The notes: generated by a model from the sequence alone, not told the origin. A DNA stretch of 52,175 bases from an uncultured Lachnospiraceae bacterium (GCA_964534905.1 CAZHPZ010000004.1:1-52175), one strand, 5' to 3'. Shown: positions 28,248 to 38,681, counted from the first letter of the stretch. Numbers and translations: made by a program.

Positions 28248-28817
28248 ATGGAAAACGGTAAGAAAAAAAACAGTTCTAACAAATTTTTAGCTGGACTTCG
28301 CGAATTCGGAAGAAAATTTATTGTTAAGTTCAAGAAAAACCCGAGCCTTATACCCCTGTGTATGCTCTTCATATCTTTTCTTGTATTTTCGCTTAATTTG
28401 ACCGATATTTCAAATACGACTGCTAAAATTCAGGGATCAGGAATGGGACTTTGCGAATTTGCATCTATGCTTCTTTCGATACTTTCTATTCTCTGCGTGC
28501 TTAACTCATTTCCTAAGAGACAAAAGCCTAATTACGCTATGATTGCTATTGCTTTTCTCTTTTTCGCAATCATAATCACCTCTGATATTCTCTACATCAA
28601 TGCAATAATATCAAGCCCCCAGTATCCGCCCACGAAATCCTCTGCTTTCATCAATACCGCTTTGTATGTGATGATTGCTCACATTATTCTCGTGGCATTG
28701 ACAGCAGCATGTGTTGCTCTTGAGCCTGTATTCGCTAAACTGCTTAAGAAAATCAATACAACCATTGAGCTTGATGATACAAAAATCGGTGATATCGATC
28801 TTGCCGACGAGGAGTAA
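28248..28817 (+). CDS. Uncharacterised 4-TM membrane protein
   Basis: Basic N-terminus, four hydrophobic segments, acidic tail. Confidence 0.8.
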   Translation: MENGKKKNSSNKFLAGLREFGRKFIVKFKKNPSLIPLCMLFISFLVFSLNLTDISNTTAKIQGSGMGLCEFASMLLSILSILCVLNSFPKRQKPNYAMIAIAFLFFAIIITSDILYINAIISSPQYPPTKSSAFINTALYVMIAHIILVALTAACVALEPVFAKLLKKINTTIELDDTKIGDIDLADEE

Positions 28818-28823
28818 TCGTAA

Positions 28824-29465
28824 ATGTCTAAGAACAAGTCTAATCGTAAGGACAACGACACGTCAGATCACTATAAGCTTAATACAAAAGCAGTTGACAG
28901 ACTTGTCAACGCAAACAAAATCGAAATTCCGAATGATAAAAAGCTAAATGATCCCGCGAAACAATACAGATCGGGATTTTTAGACAAAATTCCATCTGTT
29001 GTTAAATCTTTGTTCGTTAAATTTTGGTTTAACGGAGCAGTATGCTATTTTATATTTTGGGGACTCAGCCTGTATCTTAACGATACACTCGATATGATAT
29101 TTATAATGGCTATAGTTCTCGGTATGATTACCGATATTTTGGTAAATAACACTCTTCGCTTTATTGAAACAATTCCGGGAGAAAATGCAAAATGGATGAT
29201 GTTTCCGAAGAAAAAACTTTGGACGTTCTTTGCAAATATCTTATATTCATTTATAATTCTTTTCTGTGTCATTAATTTTTATGAGGCGATAAATATTTCT
29301 TTAAACTATCTTATAGGCACATCCGATAAAATATATATCGGCGTTGAACCTATTTTGTTCGGCATATTCTATATGCTCTTTGATCTTCTTTTTATAGGAA
29401 TAAAGCGTTTTATCTTTACAATAGTAAACGATGCGAAAAACAAGGTTGACAAACAAATAAAATGA
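28824..29465 (+). CDS. Uncharacterised membrane protein (soluble N-terminus, ~4 TM)
   Basis: KFWFNGAVCYFIFWG and GVEPILFG segments; overlaps the GH28 start. Confidence 0.8.
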   Translation: MSKNKSNRKDNDTSDHYKLNTKAVDRLVNANKIEIPNDKKLNDPAKQYRSGFLDKIPSVVKSLFVKFWFNGAVCYFIFWGLSLYLNDTLDMIFIMAIVLGMITDILVNNTLRFIETIPGENAKWMMFPKKKLWTFFANILYSFIILFCVINFYEAINISLNYLIGTSDKIYIGVEPILFGIFYMLFDLLFIGIKRFIFTIVNDAKNKVDKQIK

Positions 29466-31000
29466 TTAATACACTTTTTATATCATCATCCTCAGCGTGC
29501 TTTGAATGGGATAATAATCTTCCATATTACACGAAGCAAGAATACGATATTTTACTTAACGGTAAAAAGGTTCTTTCATTAAATACAAATGTATTTTCCC
29601 TTTTTGACCTTAAATCCGATACGGAATATGAGCTTACTAACTCATTAAATTCCGACACGCTAAGGTTCAAAACAAGGAAAGATACTAATGTTATAAATGT
29701 TAAAGACTTCGGAGCTTTGGGCGACGGTGTAACAGATGACACGATCGCTTGTCAAAGCGCAATTAATTGCTTGCCTCTCGGAGCTAAGCTTTATTTTCCC
29801 GCCGGAACATATCTCACCGCTCCTCTTTGCCTTAAGAGTCACATAACTCTTGAATTAGCAAAGGATGCTGTGATTCTCGGCGTTACCGAAACAGACCGAT
29901 ATCCCGTTATTCCCGGATATCTTGTCGATATGCAAAGCGGTGATGAGGTTCATTTCGGAACTTGGGAAGGAAACGCAATATCGATGCACCAGGCGCTTAT
30001 ATTCGCCGAATATGCAGAAGATATAACTATTATAGGTCCGGGTACTATTGACGGTAATGCACAGAACTCTATATGGTGGCAAAATCCCAAGGCTCCCATA
30101 GGACGTCCGAGATTACTTTTCTTTAATCGCTGTAACGGTATCAGAGTCCACGGAATTAATGCGCAGAATGCAGCTTCATGGCAGCTTCATCCATATTACT
30201 CTAAAAATATTGATTTTCTTGATATATCGATTTTCGCGCCTAAAGACAGCCCGAATACCGATGCAATAGACCCCGAGGCTTGTGATATGGTAAATATTAT
30301 AGGATGTAAATTCAGCGTTGGAGACGATTGCATTGCGATAAAATCTTCAAAAATCGATGTTGCTAAAAAATTTCATACTCCGGCTAACCGCCATACTATC
30401 AGAAACTGCTTGATGCAATTCGGTCATGGTGCTATTACTCTCGGTAGTGAGATGTCAGGCGGAGTTACAAATCTTACCGTAAACCGTTGTGTCTTCAATC
30501 ATACCGACAGAGGTCTTAGGATAAAGACACGCCGAGGACGCGGAAAATATGCGGTCATTGATGGAGTTTTATTCGAAAACATCGAAATGAAAGGTGTGAT
30601 TACTCCAATTGCCATAAATATGTGGTATAATTGCTGTGATCCCGACAGATTTTCGGAATATGTTTGGTCTCGTGAAGCTTTGCCGATAGATGACAGAACT
30701 CCCTATCTTGGTGATTTTACATTTAAAAATATGAATTGTGTTGACTGCGAAGCCGCTGCTTGCTATTGCGACGGACTTCCCGAGCAGCCCATTAAATCAA
30801 TTACATTCGATAATATTCATTTTAGCTTTGCAGAAAACGCGAAGCCCGCTAAGCCGATTATGAGAAGTTACCTTGATGAGGTATGTAAGCTTGGTATGTA
30901 TTTTGACAACGTCGGCACTCTTACTCTTAAAAATGTATCTGTTGACGGAGCAAATGGAGAAATTCTACTTGCAAATCACGTCGGTAAAACAATAAAATGA
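29462..31000 (+). CDS. GH28 polygalacturonase-like glycoside hydrolase, no signal peptide
   Basis: VKDFGALGDG, SPNTDAID, GDDCIAIKS, GHG and RIKT catalytic motifs; short N-terminal beta domain. Confidence 0.95.
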   Translation: MINTLFISSSSACFEWDNNLPYYTKQEYDILLNGKKVLSLNTNVFSLFDLKSDTEYELTNSLNSDTLRFKTRKDTNVINVKDFGALGDGVTDDTIACQSAINCLPLGAKLYFPAGTYLTAPLCLKSHITLELAKDAVILGVTETDRYPVIPGYLVDMQSGDEVHFGTWEGNAISMHQALIFAEYAEDITIIGPGTIDGNAQNSIWWQNPKAPIGRPRLLFFNRCNGIRVHGINAQNAASWQLHPYYSKNIDFLDISIFAPKDSPNTDAIDPEACDMVNIIGCKFSVGDDCIAIKSSKIDVAKKFHTPANRHTIRNCLMQFGHGAITLGSEMSGGVTNLTVNRCVFNHTDRGLRIKTRRGRGKYAVIDGVLFENIEMKGVITPIAINMWYNCCDPDRFSEYVWSREALPIDDRTPYLGDFTFKNMNCVDCEAAACYCDGLPEQPIKSITFDNIHFSFAENAKPAKPIMRSYLDEVCKLGMYFDNVGTLTLKNVSVDGANGEILLANHVGKTIK

Positions 31001-31018
31001 CATTGAAAGGATGCTTTT

Positions 31019-32155
31019 ATGTATAATAAAATTGATGCTTATATTGAAAAATTGCTTAATTGTTCGACTCCTCAAGCACCGATGTGGAATATTGAAAGCA
31101 TTCGTCAAGGAAAAGCACCGCATTGGAATTATATAGACGGTTGCATGATAACGTCTTTTCTTGAAATAGGTAAAATTACAAATGACAGCAGATATTTTGA
31201 TTTCTGCGAAAAATTTATTGACTATTACGTAGGCGATGACGGTTCTATTCTCGGATATAATATGGAGAATTTTAATCTTGATGACGTCAACGAGGGTAAG
31301 GTTCTTTTTGAACTTTATGAAAAAACAAAAAAAGAAAAGTATCGTTTAGCAATCGAGAAGCAAGCATTACAGCTTCATTATCAGCCTATAACATGTGAGG
31401 GTAATTATTGGCACAAACTCATTTACCCATTCCAGATATGGCTTGATGGTATTTATATGGCTCAAGTATTCAATGCTAAATATCAAAAATTTCATAATAC
31501 ACACGACTATTCAAATATTCTCGTGCAAATTAAGAATGTCAGAAAACATATGTATGATGAAAAATCAGGCTTATACTATCACGGATTCGATTTTTCAAAA
31601 TCCATATTCTGGGCTGACAAAGAGACAGGAGTTTCAAGTAGCTTTTGGTTACGTGCAATCGGTTGGTATGCCGTAGCAATGATAGATATTATTGAGATTT
31701 GTGATGACAAAATAACACAATTTGAGATATCGGCTATTTTCCGTGAACTTATGGAGAATATCGTAAAATACCGTGATGAGGACAGTAAAATGTACTATCA
31801 GGTAGTGGATAAGGGTGATCGCGAAGGTAATTATCTTGAAACAAGTGGTTCTTCTATGATTGCTTATGCTCAGCTCAAGGGAGCAAGGCTTGGCGTGCTT
31901 CCCTCTCAATTTGCGGAATACGGAAAGCAAACGTTTGACGGTATATGCAATAGATATTTAACCGTATCAGATGACGGAGATCTCAATTTGGAAGGCATTT
32001 GCTTGGTTGCCGGTCTCGGACCGAACTCCAATAGACGCCGCGATGGAAGCTTTGAATACTATATTTCAGAGCCTGTTGTTGAAAATGATGCAAAGGGTGT
32101 TGCTCCGTTTATACTTTGCTATACGGAAATTCTAAGAAATAAATCAGGTAATTAA
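31019..32155 (+). CDS. GH105 unsaturated (rhamno)galacturonyl hydrolase (YteR-like)
   Basis: WNYIDG, NLDD, YWHK, WLDGIYM, FWLRAIGW and YLETSGS motifs. Confidence 0.93.
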   Translation: MYNKIDAYIEKLLNCSTPQAPMWNIESIRQGKAPHWNYIDGCMITSFLEIGKITNDSRYFDFCEKFIDYYVGDDGSILGYNMENFNLDDVNEGKVLFELYEKTKKEKYRLAIEKQALQLHYQPITCEGNYWHKLIYPFQIWLDGIYMAQVFNAKYQKFHNTHDYSNILVQIKNVRKHMYDEKSGLYYHGFDFSKSIFWADKETGVSSSFWLRAIGWYAVAMIDIIEICDDKITQFEISAIFRELMENIVKYRDEDSKMYYQVVDKGDREGNYLETSGSSMIAYAQLKGARLGVLPSQFAEYGKQTFDGICNRYLTVSDDGDLNLEGICLVAGLGPNSNRRRDGSFEYYISEPVVENDAKGVAPFILCYTEILRNKSGN

Positions 32156-32158
32156 AAA

Positions 32159-33025
32159 ATGAAATTAATGGTTCGTGCTCATGATTTAGGTATCAAGGGC
32201 GCAAATAATATCAATAAAAGGCTCAATGAATTAGATCTCGACGGTGTTCAGCTTGTAATGTATAAGTCAATTGACGGAATATCCTATTCTCCAAATCAGT
32301 TAACTCATATTCAGGCTAAGGAGATTTCCGATTTAATAAAGCAAGGCGGAAAAGAAATTGCTATGATCGGCGCATATTTCAATCCTGTACACCCTAATTC
32401 TGATAAAATTAATAATGGAATTGCAGTATTTAAGGATTATATTTCTCTTGCCAATGATATCGGATGCAAATATATCGGAAGTGAAACAGGCTCCTATAAC
32501 GGAGATCCTTGGATATATCATCCAATGAATCACTCGGAAGAGGCTATTGACCGAGTGGTAAATACATTTAAAGAGCTTGCTGAATTTGCAGAGTCGTACG
32601 GTGTAAGTGTAGCAATAGAGGGAGCGTTCGGACATGTTTGTCATACTCCCGAACGTTTACTTGAAGCTGCAGAAAGAATCGGCAAGCAAAATATCAGGTT
32701 CGTTTTTGATTTATATAATTATTTAGATATTTCAAATGTCGATAATGCATATACAATACTTGACGAAGGAATATCTCTCTTGGGAGATAGAATACTTCTC
32801 TTTCACATCAAGGATTTTGTTATTGAGGGTAATAAGCTTAAGCAATGCGGAGTCGGCAAAGGCATTCTTGATTTTGACAGAATCCTTAATAAAATATATC
32901 AAAGCAATCGCAACGCTATTTTAGTGTTGGAGGGTACAATCGGAGATGATCTTTCCTTTGCAGTATCCTACCTAAAAGATAAAATTAACAAAATTGAAAA
33001 TGGCAGTAGTTCTGTCATTGAGTAA
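32159..33025 (+). CDS. Sugar phosphate isomerase/epimerase family TIM barrel (AP_endonuc_2)
   Basis: RAHD, GAYFNPVHP, GSETGS, AIEG, FDLYN, FHIKD and VLEG motifs. Confidence 0.88.
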   Translation: MKLMVRAHDLGIKGANNINKRLNELDLDGVQLVMYKSIDGISYSPNQLTHIQAKEISDLIKQGGKEIAMIGAYFNPVHPNSDKINNGIAVFKDYISLANDIGCKYIGSETGSYNGDPWIYHPMNHSEEAIDRVVNTFKELAEFAESYGVSVAIEGAFGHVCHTPERLLEAAERIGKQNIRFVFDLYNYLDISNVDNAYTILDEGISLLGDRILLFHIKDFVIEGNKLKQCGVGKGILDFDRILNKIYQSNRNAILVLEGTIGDDLSFAVSYLKDKINKIENGSSSVIE

Positions 33026-33034
33026 AGGAGTTCT

Positions 33035-34120
33035 ATGGCATACATATCTCTTCAGAACATTAACAAAATCTATCCAAACGGTTTTCATGCCGTACATAAT
33101 TTCAATCTCGATATCGAGCAAGGTGAATTTATAGTTTTTGTCGGTCCCTCAGGATGTGGAAAATCCACAACATTGCGTATGATAGCAGGACTTGAGGATA
33201 TCAGCAAGGGAGATTTTTATATTGACGGTATTCGTGCAAATGAAATGCGTCCTCGCGAACGCGGAGTCGCTATGGTTTTTCAGAGCTACGCTCTCTACCC
33301 TCATCTCTCTGTATACGATAACCTTGCTTTCGGTCTTTCCTTGCAGGGTATAGATGATGATATCATTGAAAAAAAGGTTTTGGCTACTGCTAAAATACTC
33401 GGTCTTACAGATTATTTGGATAGAAAGCCGAGAGCTCTTTCCGGCGGTCAACGTCAGCGTGTGGCTGTTGGACGTGCAATCATAAGAAAGGTTAATATAT
33501 TCCTTATGGACGAGCCTCTCTCAAACCTCGATGCTAAACAGCGTGTAACAATGCGTTCGGAAATTACTGATATTCATAAAAAGGTAGGTTCTACAACTAT
33601 TTACGTAACACACGATCAGACAGAAGCTATGACAATGGCTGACAGAATAGTGGTTATGAAAGATGGATATATCCAGCAGGTAGGTACTCCCAAGGAGCTT
33701 TATTTTAATCCTGTAAATATGTTTGTCGCCGGATTTATCGGAGAGCCTCCTATGAATTTTGTTACTGCTAAGGTTACAGACGGTTGCGTCGAAATCGGCG
33801 GTAAGCATAATCTTTCTGTTTTGCTTAATCAAGAGCAACTAAATTATTACGAGGGCAAGAATATAGTTTTCGGTTTCCGTCCTGAATCGATTACAATAGA
33901 TAATACTCCAAATAGTTATAAGCTTTCCTCTAATGTTGAGCTTACCGAGCTTCTCGGAGATAATACTAATGTTTATGTTGATATGCCTGAAGGTAAGGTT
34001 ATACTTAAGGTAGATCCTCATAACACTCCCGAAATGGATGAAAAATTTGATTATTATGTTCCCTATAACAACGTATATCTCTTTGATCCGGAAACAGAAC
34101 TTGTAATCAACAATCATTAA
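33035..34120 (+). CDS. Sugar ABC ATPase (MalK/MsmX family), copy 2
   Basis: GPSGCGKST, LSGGQRQR, FLMDEPLSNLDAK and YVTHDQ. Confidence 0.96.
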   Translation: MAYISLQNINKIYPNGFHAVHNFNLDIEQGEFIVFVGPSGCGKSTTLRMIAGLEDISKGDFYIDGIRANEMRPRERGVAMVFQSYALYPHLSVYDNLAFGLSLQGIDDDIIEKKVLATAKILGLTDYLDRKPRALSGGQRQRVAVGRAIIRKVNIFLMDEPLSNLDAKQRVTMRSEITDIHKKVGSTTIYVTHDQTEAMTMADRIVVMKDGYIQQVGTPKELYFNPVNMFVAGFIGEPPMNFVTAKVTDGCVEIGGKHNLSVLLNQEQLNYYEGKNIVFGFRPESITIDNTPNSYKLSSNVELTELLGDNTNVYVDMPEGKVILKVDPHNTPEMDEKFDYYVPYNNVYLFDPETELVINNH

Positions 34121-34123
34121 AAT

Positions 34124-34169
34124 AAAAATCACCGTAAGCAAATCTAATTACTGCTTGCGGTGATTTTTT
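34124..34169. terminator. Bidirectional terminator
   Basis: AAAAATCACCGTAAGCA...TGCTTGCGGTGATTTTT between convergent operons. Confidence 0.78.
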
Positions 34170-34181
34170 ATACAATTTTTA

Positions 34182-35354
34182 TCAACGCTTGTTAATTTTA
34201 ACAAGCTTTTCTATTCCTTGTGCAAGATAAAGGACAAGATAATCAATATCTTCCTTAGTGTTATATGCCGAGAGGCTGATTCTGACGGTGCATTCTGCAT
34301 CATGATCCGAAAGTCCAAATGCGGACAATGCTCTGCTTATCTTTTTAGATACAGAATTGGAAGCACATGCAGATCCACTTGAAATATATATGCCGTAAGA
34401 CGAAAGATGATGAAGCATAGTTTCGCTTTTTATAGAGGGAAGCGTAATGCTTATTATATGAGGGGCACATTTTTCGCTCGGAATATTTATTGTCAAATCA
34501 AGTGCGGACAATTTAGATATAGCATATTCCCTGATCTCGTTCATAGCAGAAATATCGGATGAAATATTTTTAAATCCTCTTTCAGCTGCAGCACCGAATC
34601 CTGCAATTCCGATAACATTTTCAGTTCCCGAGCGTATTCCGCTCTCTTGACCGCCTCCGTAAATTATAGGAGAAATCTGCTTTTTCTTTATAATATCAGA
34701 ACTGATATATAAAGCGCCTACGCCCTTAGGACCGTGTATTTTATGTGAGCTGACGGTTATCAAATCGGCAAAAAGGTCACTGGGTGATACCTTAGTCTTC
34801 ATATATGACTGAACTGCATCTGTATGCGTAACAACATCGGGATTGATCGATTTTGCATACTTAAAGCAATCTCGTATATTATAAAGTGCTCCGGTTTCAT
34901 TATTTACATGCATCATAGTAACAAGCAGTGTGTTTTTGTTCATAACGTCGCGAAAGAGATTCATATCAAGCACGCCGGCACGAGTAGGAATTCTGATGAT
35001 CTCGAATCCGTCCTTTTCAAGCTCCTTGAGCGTATTTTCAACCGCAGAATGCTCGGAATCTGTTGTAATTATTCTGCTTGCTCTGCGTGATTTAGCATAT
35101 GCGACACCTCGAATTGCAAGGTTGTCCGCTTCTGTACCCGAAGAGGTAAATACAAGGTTTTCAGCTTTTCCGTTTCTTATGAATAACGAATTCAGCACTC
35201 TGCTCCTCGCCTCATCCAAAAGTTTTGAGGCTTCGAATCCTTTAGCATGAAGAGACGACGGATTGCCGAAGCAATCCATCGCCTGTATCATTTTTTCTCT
35301 TGCTTCAGTACAAAGATGAGTGGTTGCACTATTATCAAGATAAACCGTTTTCAT
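34182..35354 (-). CDS. iscS: Cysteine desulfurase (IscS/NifS class I)
   Basis: YLDNSATT, GNPSS, NNETG, DAVQ, SSHKIHGPKG and SSGSAC motifs; ATG 35354. Confidence 0.93.
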   Translation of the reverse strand: MKTVYLDNSATTHLCTEAREKMIQAMDCFGNPSSLHAKGFEASKLLDEARSRVLNSLFIRNGKAENLVFTSSGTEADNLAIRGVAYAKSRRASRIITTDSEHSAVENTLKELEKDGFEIIRIPTRAGVLDMNLFRDVMNKNTLLVTMMHVNNETGALYNIRDCFKYAKSINPDVVTHTDAVQSYMKTKVSPSDLFADLITVSSHKIHGPKGVGALYISSDIIKKKQISPIIYGGGQESGIRSGTENVIGIAGFGAAAERGFKNISSDISAMNEIREYAISKLSALDLTINIPSEKCAPHIISITLPSIKSETMLHHLSSYGIYISSGSACASNSVSKKISRALSAFGLSDHDAECTVRISLSAYNTKEDIDYLVLYLAQGIEKLVKINKR

Positions 35355-36603
35355 AATCCAATACTGTTTGAGCGGCACTCATAATGCCTATCTTACCGCT
35401 CTCGTATGTAAGTCCGCCCTGAAGATATACTGTATACGGAGGTCTGATCGGACCGTCTGCGGAAAGCTCTATTGATGATCCTTGTGTAAATGCACCGGCA
35501 GCCATAATTACCTTATCTGCATATCCGGGCATATCTGAGGGCTCGGGAACCACAAATGCATCAACCGGAGAGCCTGCCTGAATACCACGGCAGAATGCAC
35601 ACATTACCTCGGGATTTTCCGTAATTACGGTCTGAATTATATCCGAGCGCTTTTCATTCCACTTCGGTGCGGGATTATATCCCATTTTTTCGAATACGTA
35701 AGCTGCAAGATACATAGTTTTAAGCGCTTGAGCGGTTGTATGGGGGGCATAGAAAAGTCCTTTATACATATTCTTATTTTGACCTATGGTAGCGCCTACC
35801 TCACCGCCTGTTCCCGGGCAAGTAAGACGATAGCTTACAAGCTCTACAGCACGCGCTGTTCCTGCAAAATATCCTCCTGTTTCAGCCATTCCGCCGCCGG
35901 GGTTTTTAATGAGAGAACCGATGCAAAGATCCGCACCTACCGCAACAGGCTCCTTGTCCTCAACAAATTCGCCGTAGCAGTTATCAACAACAACAAATGT
36001 TTCCGGAGATAAGCTTTTAACAAAACGAGCCATCTCACCTATTTCATCAACAGAAAGTGTTCTGCGGTTGAGATATCCCTTGGAACGCTGTATAAATACC
36101 ATTTTTATTTTCTGACCGTTTTCGCGAAGAGCCTTTGCAACAGCATCGTAATCGAATGTTCCTTCCTGCGTAAGCTCTATTACACGATAGTCAACTCCGA
36201 AATCCTTAAGAGAGCCGTCTCCCGCATTACCCGTGATTCCGATAACCTCTTCAAGTGTATCGTAAGGCTTACCGGCTACAGAGAGCATAATATCACCTGG
36301 ACGAAGTATGCCGAAAAGTCCGAGTGCAAGCGCGTGAGTGCCGCTTACGATTGAATGTCTGACAATAGCCGCTTCACAGCCCATAACATCGGCCCAAACC
36401 TCGTCAAGCACCTCTCTGCCTCTGTCATTGTATCCATATCCGCTTGTAGAATTGAACATAGTATCCGATACACGGTGATCGGCAAATGCTTTCATAACTC
36501 TTTGTGTGTTATTAAACGAAATTCTGTCTATCTCGACAAATGTATCCGCAAGTGCGGTTTCGGCTTCTGCCACAAGATTTATTACCTTATCTGAAAAATT
36601 CAT
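35335..36603 (-). CDS. Methionine gamma-lyase family / YnbB aluminium-resistance PLP enzyme
   Basis: SGYGYND, VSGTHAL, QRSKGY, DNCYGEF, GSLIKNPGGG and GSSIELSADGP motifs. Confidence 0.92.
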   Translation of the reverse strand: MNFSDKVINLVAEAETALADTFVEIDRISFNNTQRVMKAFADHRVSDTMFNSTSGYGYNDRGREVLDEVWADVMGCEAAIVRHSIVSGTHALALGLFGILRPGDIMLSVAGKPYDTLEEVIGITGNAGDGSLKDFGVDYRVIELTQEGTFDYDAVAKALRENGQKIKMVFIQRSKGYLNRRTLSVDEIGEMARFVKSLSPETFVVVDNCYGEFVEDKEPVAVGADLCIGSLIKNPGGGMAETGGYFAGTARAVELVSYRLTCPGTGGEVGATIGQNKNMYKGLFYAPHTTAQALKTMYLAAYVFEKMGYNPAPKWNEKRSDIIQTVITENPEVMCAFCRGIQAGSPVDAFVVPEPSDMPGYADKVIMAAGAFTQGSSIELSADGPIRPPYTVYLQGGLTYESGKIGIMSAAQTVLDYENGLS

Positions 36604-36609
36604 TACTTT

Positions 36610-37605
36610 TTACTCCTTTATAAATGCTACCGCAAGCTCAATGCAAGCGTGAAAATCGTTCATATCTATCATTTCAACACCTGAATGAATATATCTGGAT
36701 GGAATAGAGAGTGCACCGGCACGACAACCGGAGGCTGTCATCTGAATCGATGATGTGTCGGTACCACCATATGTCAGTATCTCAAGTTGAGATTTGATAT
36801 TCTGTTCCTTAGAAATCGCAATAAGGCTCTCGACTACTCCGATATCGCATATAACCGAGCTATCTTTTATTTTTATTGCCGCACCCCCACCGAGCTTAAC
36901 TGCCATAGGCTTTGAGCCTGCAGAATCTCCCGTGCCGGTTACATCAAATGTAAGCGAAATGTCGGGTGCGATTTCAAATGCCGCGGTTTTTGAACCACGA
37001 CATCCAACCTCTTCCTGAACGGTAAATGCATAATAAACATCATCATTTATCGGCTCTGCCGCAATTTTCTTTGCAATTTCGATAAGTGCTGCACATCCGG
37101 CTCTGTCATCCAAGGGACGTCCTACAACTCTTTGTCCGCAAAGCTTAGATATGCTCGAGCGAAGTACAAATGTATCGCCTATTTTTACCTTTCTTTCGGC
37201 GTTCTTCTTGTTATCCGCACCTATATCTATGTAGAAAAGATCGGGCTTGTAATCTGCTGGCTTAACATCCGCATTAGGAACAAGAACACCGTGTGTACCG
37301 TTTTCCGATATTACCTCTCCGTATGCACATGCTACAAATGAGATTCCGCCCACCGGAGCAACTCTGATAAAGCCACTATCCTCAATGTAGTTTACAATAA
37401 AGCCTATCTCGTCCATATGAGCGCAAAGCATAACCTTTCTTCTGTCTTCACCGACTCCGTGCTTAACGGCAATGAGATTTCCGAGAGCATCCGTATAGCT
37501 CTCGTCACAATACGGAGCTATAAGCTCCTTAATTTTATCCGCAACCGCATGCTCTTTTCCGGAAACACCGTGAACAAGAGCAACCTGCTTTAACGTATTA
37601 TACAT
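36610..37605 (-). CDS. M42 (TET) aminopeptidase, third in transcription order
   Basis: AHMDEIG, LDDRAG, QEEVG, FDVT, GGTD and RYIHS motifs. Confidence 0.93.
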   Translation of the reverse strand: MYNTLKQVALVHGVSGKEHAVADKIKELIAPYCDESYTDALGNLIAVKHGVGEDRRKVMLCAHMDEIGFIVNYIEDSGFIRVAPVGGISFVACAYGEVISENGTHGVLVPNADVKPADYKPDLFYIDIGADNKKNAERKVKIGDTFVLRSSISKLCGQRVVGRPLDDRAGCAALIEIAKKIAAEPINDDVYYAFTVQEEVGCRGSKTAAFEIAPDISLTFDVTGTGDSAGSKPMAVKLGGGAAIKIKDSSVICDIGVVESLIAISKEQNIKSQLEILTYGGTDTSSIQMTASGCRAGALSIPSRYIHSGVEMIDMNDFHACIELAVAFIKE

Positions 37606-37610
37606 AATAA

Positions 37611-38681
37611 TCAATCCTCCGCTTTTATATTATTGAGCATTGCAAACACGAGATCTCTGATAGATTCATAATCGTCGTAGCTTGCGACACAGGCGTGTGA
37701 ATGAAGGTATCGTGTGCCCATAGATATGGCAACGCACTTAACTCCCTTGCCCGATTTGTGAATATGTCCTGCGTCATTACCGCCGGAAACATAACGCTTA
37801 ACTTGTGCCTTGATTCCGTTGCTTTCTGCGGTTTCAAGGGTGAAATTAACAAACTCGGTATTGTATATGGTAGATCTATCCATAAGAGATACAACTCCTC
37901 CGTTGCCGACATCTGCAACTCTCTTATGAGACGGAGCACCCGCTATATCGCCGATAGCAGTAGTTTCAAGAATAATCGCACGGCTCGGCTTTATTCTCTC
38001 AGCCGCTGCTCTTGCTCCGGAAAGTCCCACTTCTTCGCGAACGGTAAAGCAGAAATATACGTCAAACGGAAGCTTTACTCCATTTTCTCTTATCTTTCTG
38101 ATAACCTCGATCATGGCACAGCATCCTGCTCTGTCGTCAATGGCCTTGCCCTTCATATACTTATTATCAGATCCGAAGAAAACAAAATCTGAATTAAATA
38201 CGCCAAAGTCGCCGACATCAACATATTTTTTTACTTCATCACCGTTTTCGGCGCCTATATCTATATACATTTCCTTGATTGGTGTTACGGAGAAACGTTC
38301 ATCTGGCTTTTTATGGTGTATTGCCTTGGCGGCAATAACGCCGTTTATCCTTGTGTTTTCATTACCGAGTGTAACCTGTTTTCCGTAAATAACCTTGGGG
38401 TCTATACCGCCGAGATTGGCAAATTTGATATATCCGTCGTCGTCGATAGAGGTTATCATAAATCCTACCTCATCCATATGAGAGGATATCATTATTCTGT
38501 CTCTTGGTTCGGCGCCATTACCGTTGACAACTGCATAAACGTTTCCGAAGCAGTCTTTAAATATATTGTCACAGTCATTTTCGAGCTGCTCGATAATTGC
38601 ATCAGCCACCTCGCATTCAAATCCCGTAGGACCGAATTTCTGACAAAGATATTCCATCAATTCTCTGCCCTGTTTTTTCAT
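37611..38681 (-). CDS. M42 (TET) aminopeptidase, second in transcription order
   Basis: SHMDEVG, IDDRAG, REEVG, LETT, GGND and RYLHS motifs. Confidence 0.93.
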   Translation of the reverse strand: MKKQGRELMEYLCQKFGPTGFECEVADAIIEQLENDCDNIFKDCFGNVYAVVNGNGAEPRDRIMISSHMDEVGFMITSIDDDGYIKFANLGGIDPKVIYGKQVTLGNENTRINGVIAAKAIHHKKPDERFSVTPIKEMYIDIGAENGDEVKKYVDVGDFGVFNSDFVFFGSDNKYMKGKAIDDRAGCCAMIEVIRKIRENGVKLPFDVYFCFTVREEVGLSGARAAAERIKPSRAIILETTAIGDIAGAPSHKRVADVGNGGVVSLMDRSTIYNTEFVNFTLETAESNGIKAQVKRYVSGGNDAGHIHKSGKGVKCVAISMGTRYLHSHACVASYDDYESIRDLVFAMLNNIKAED

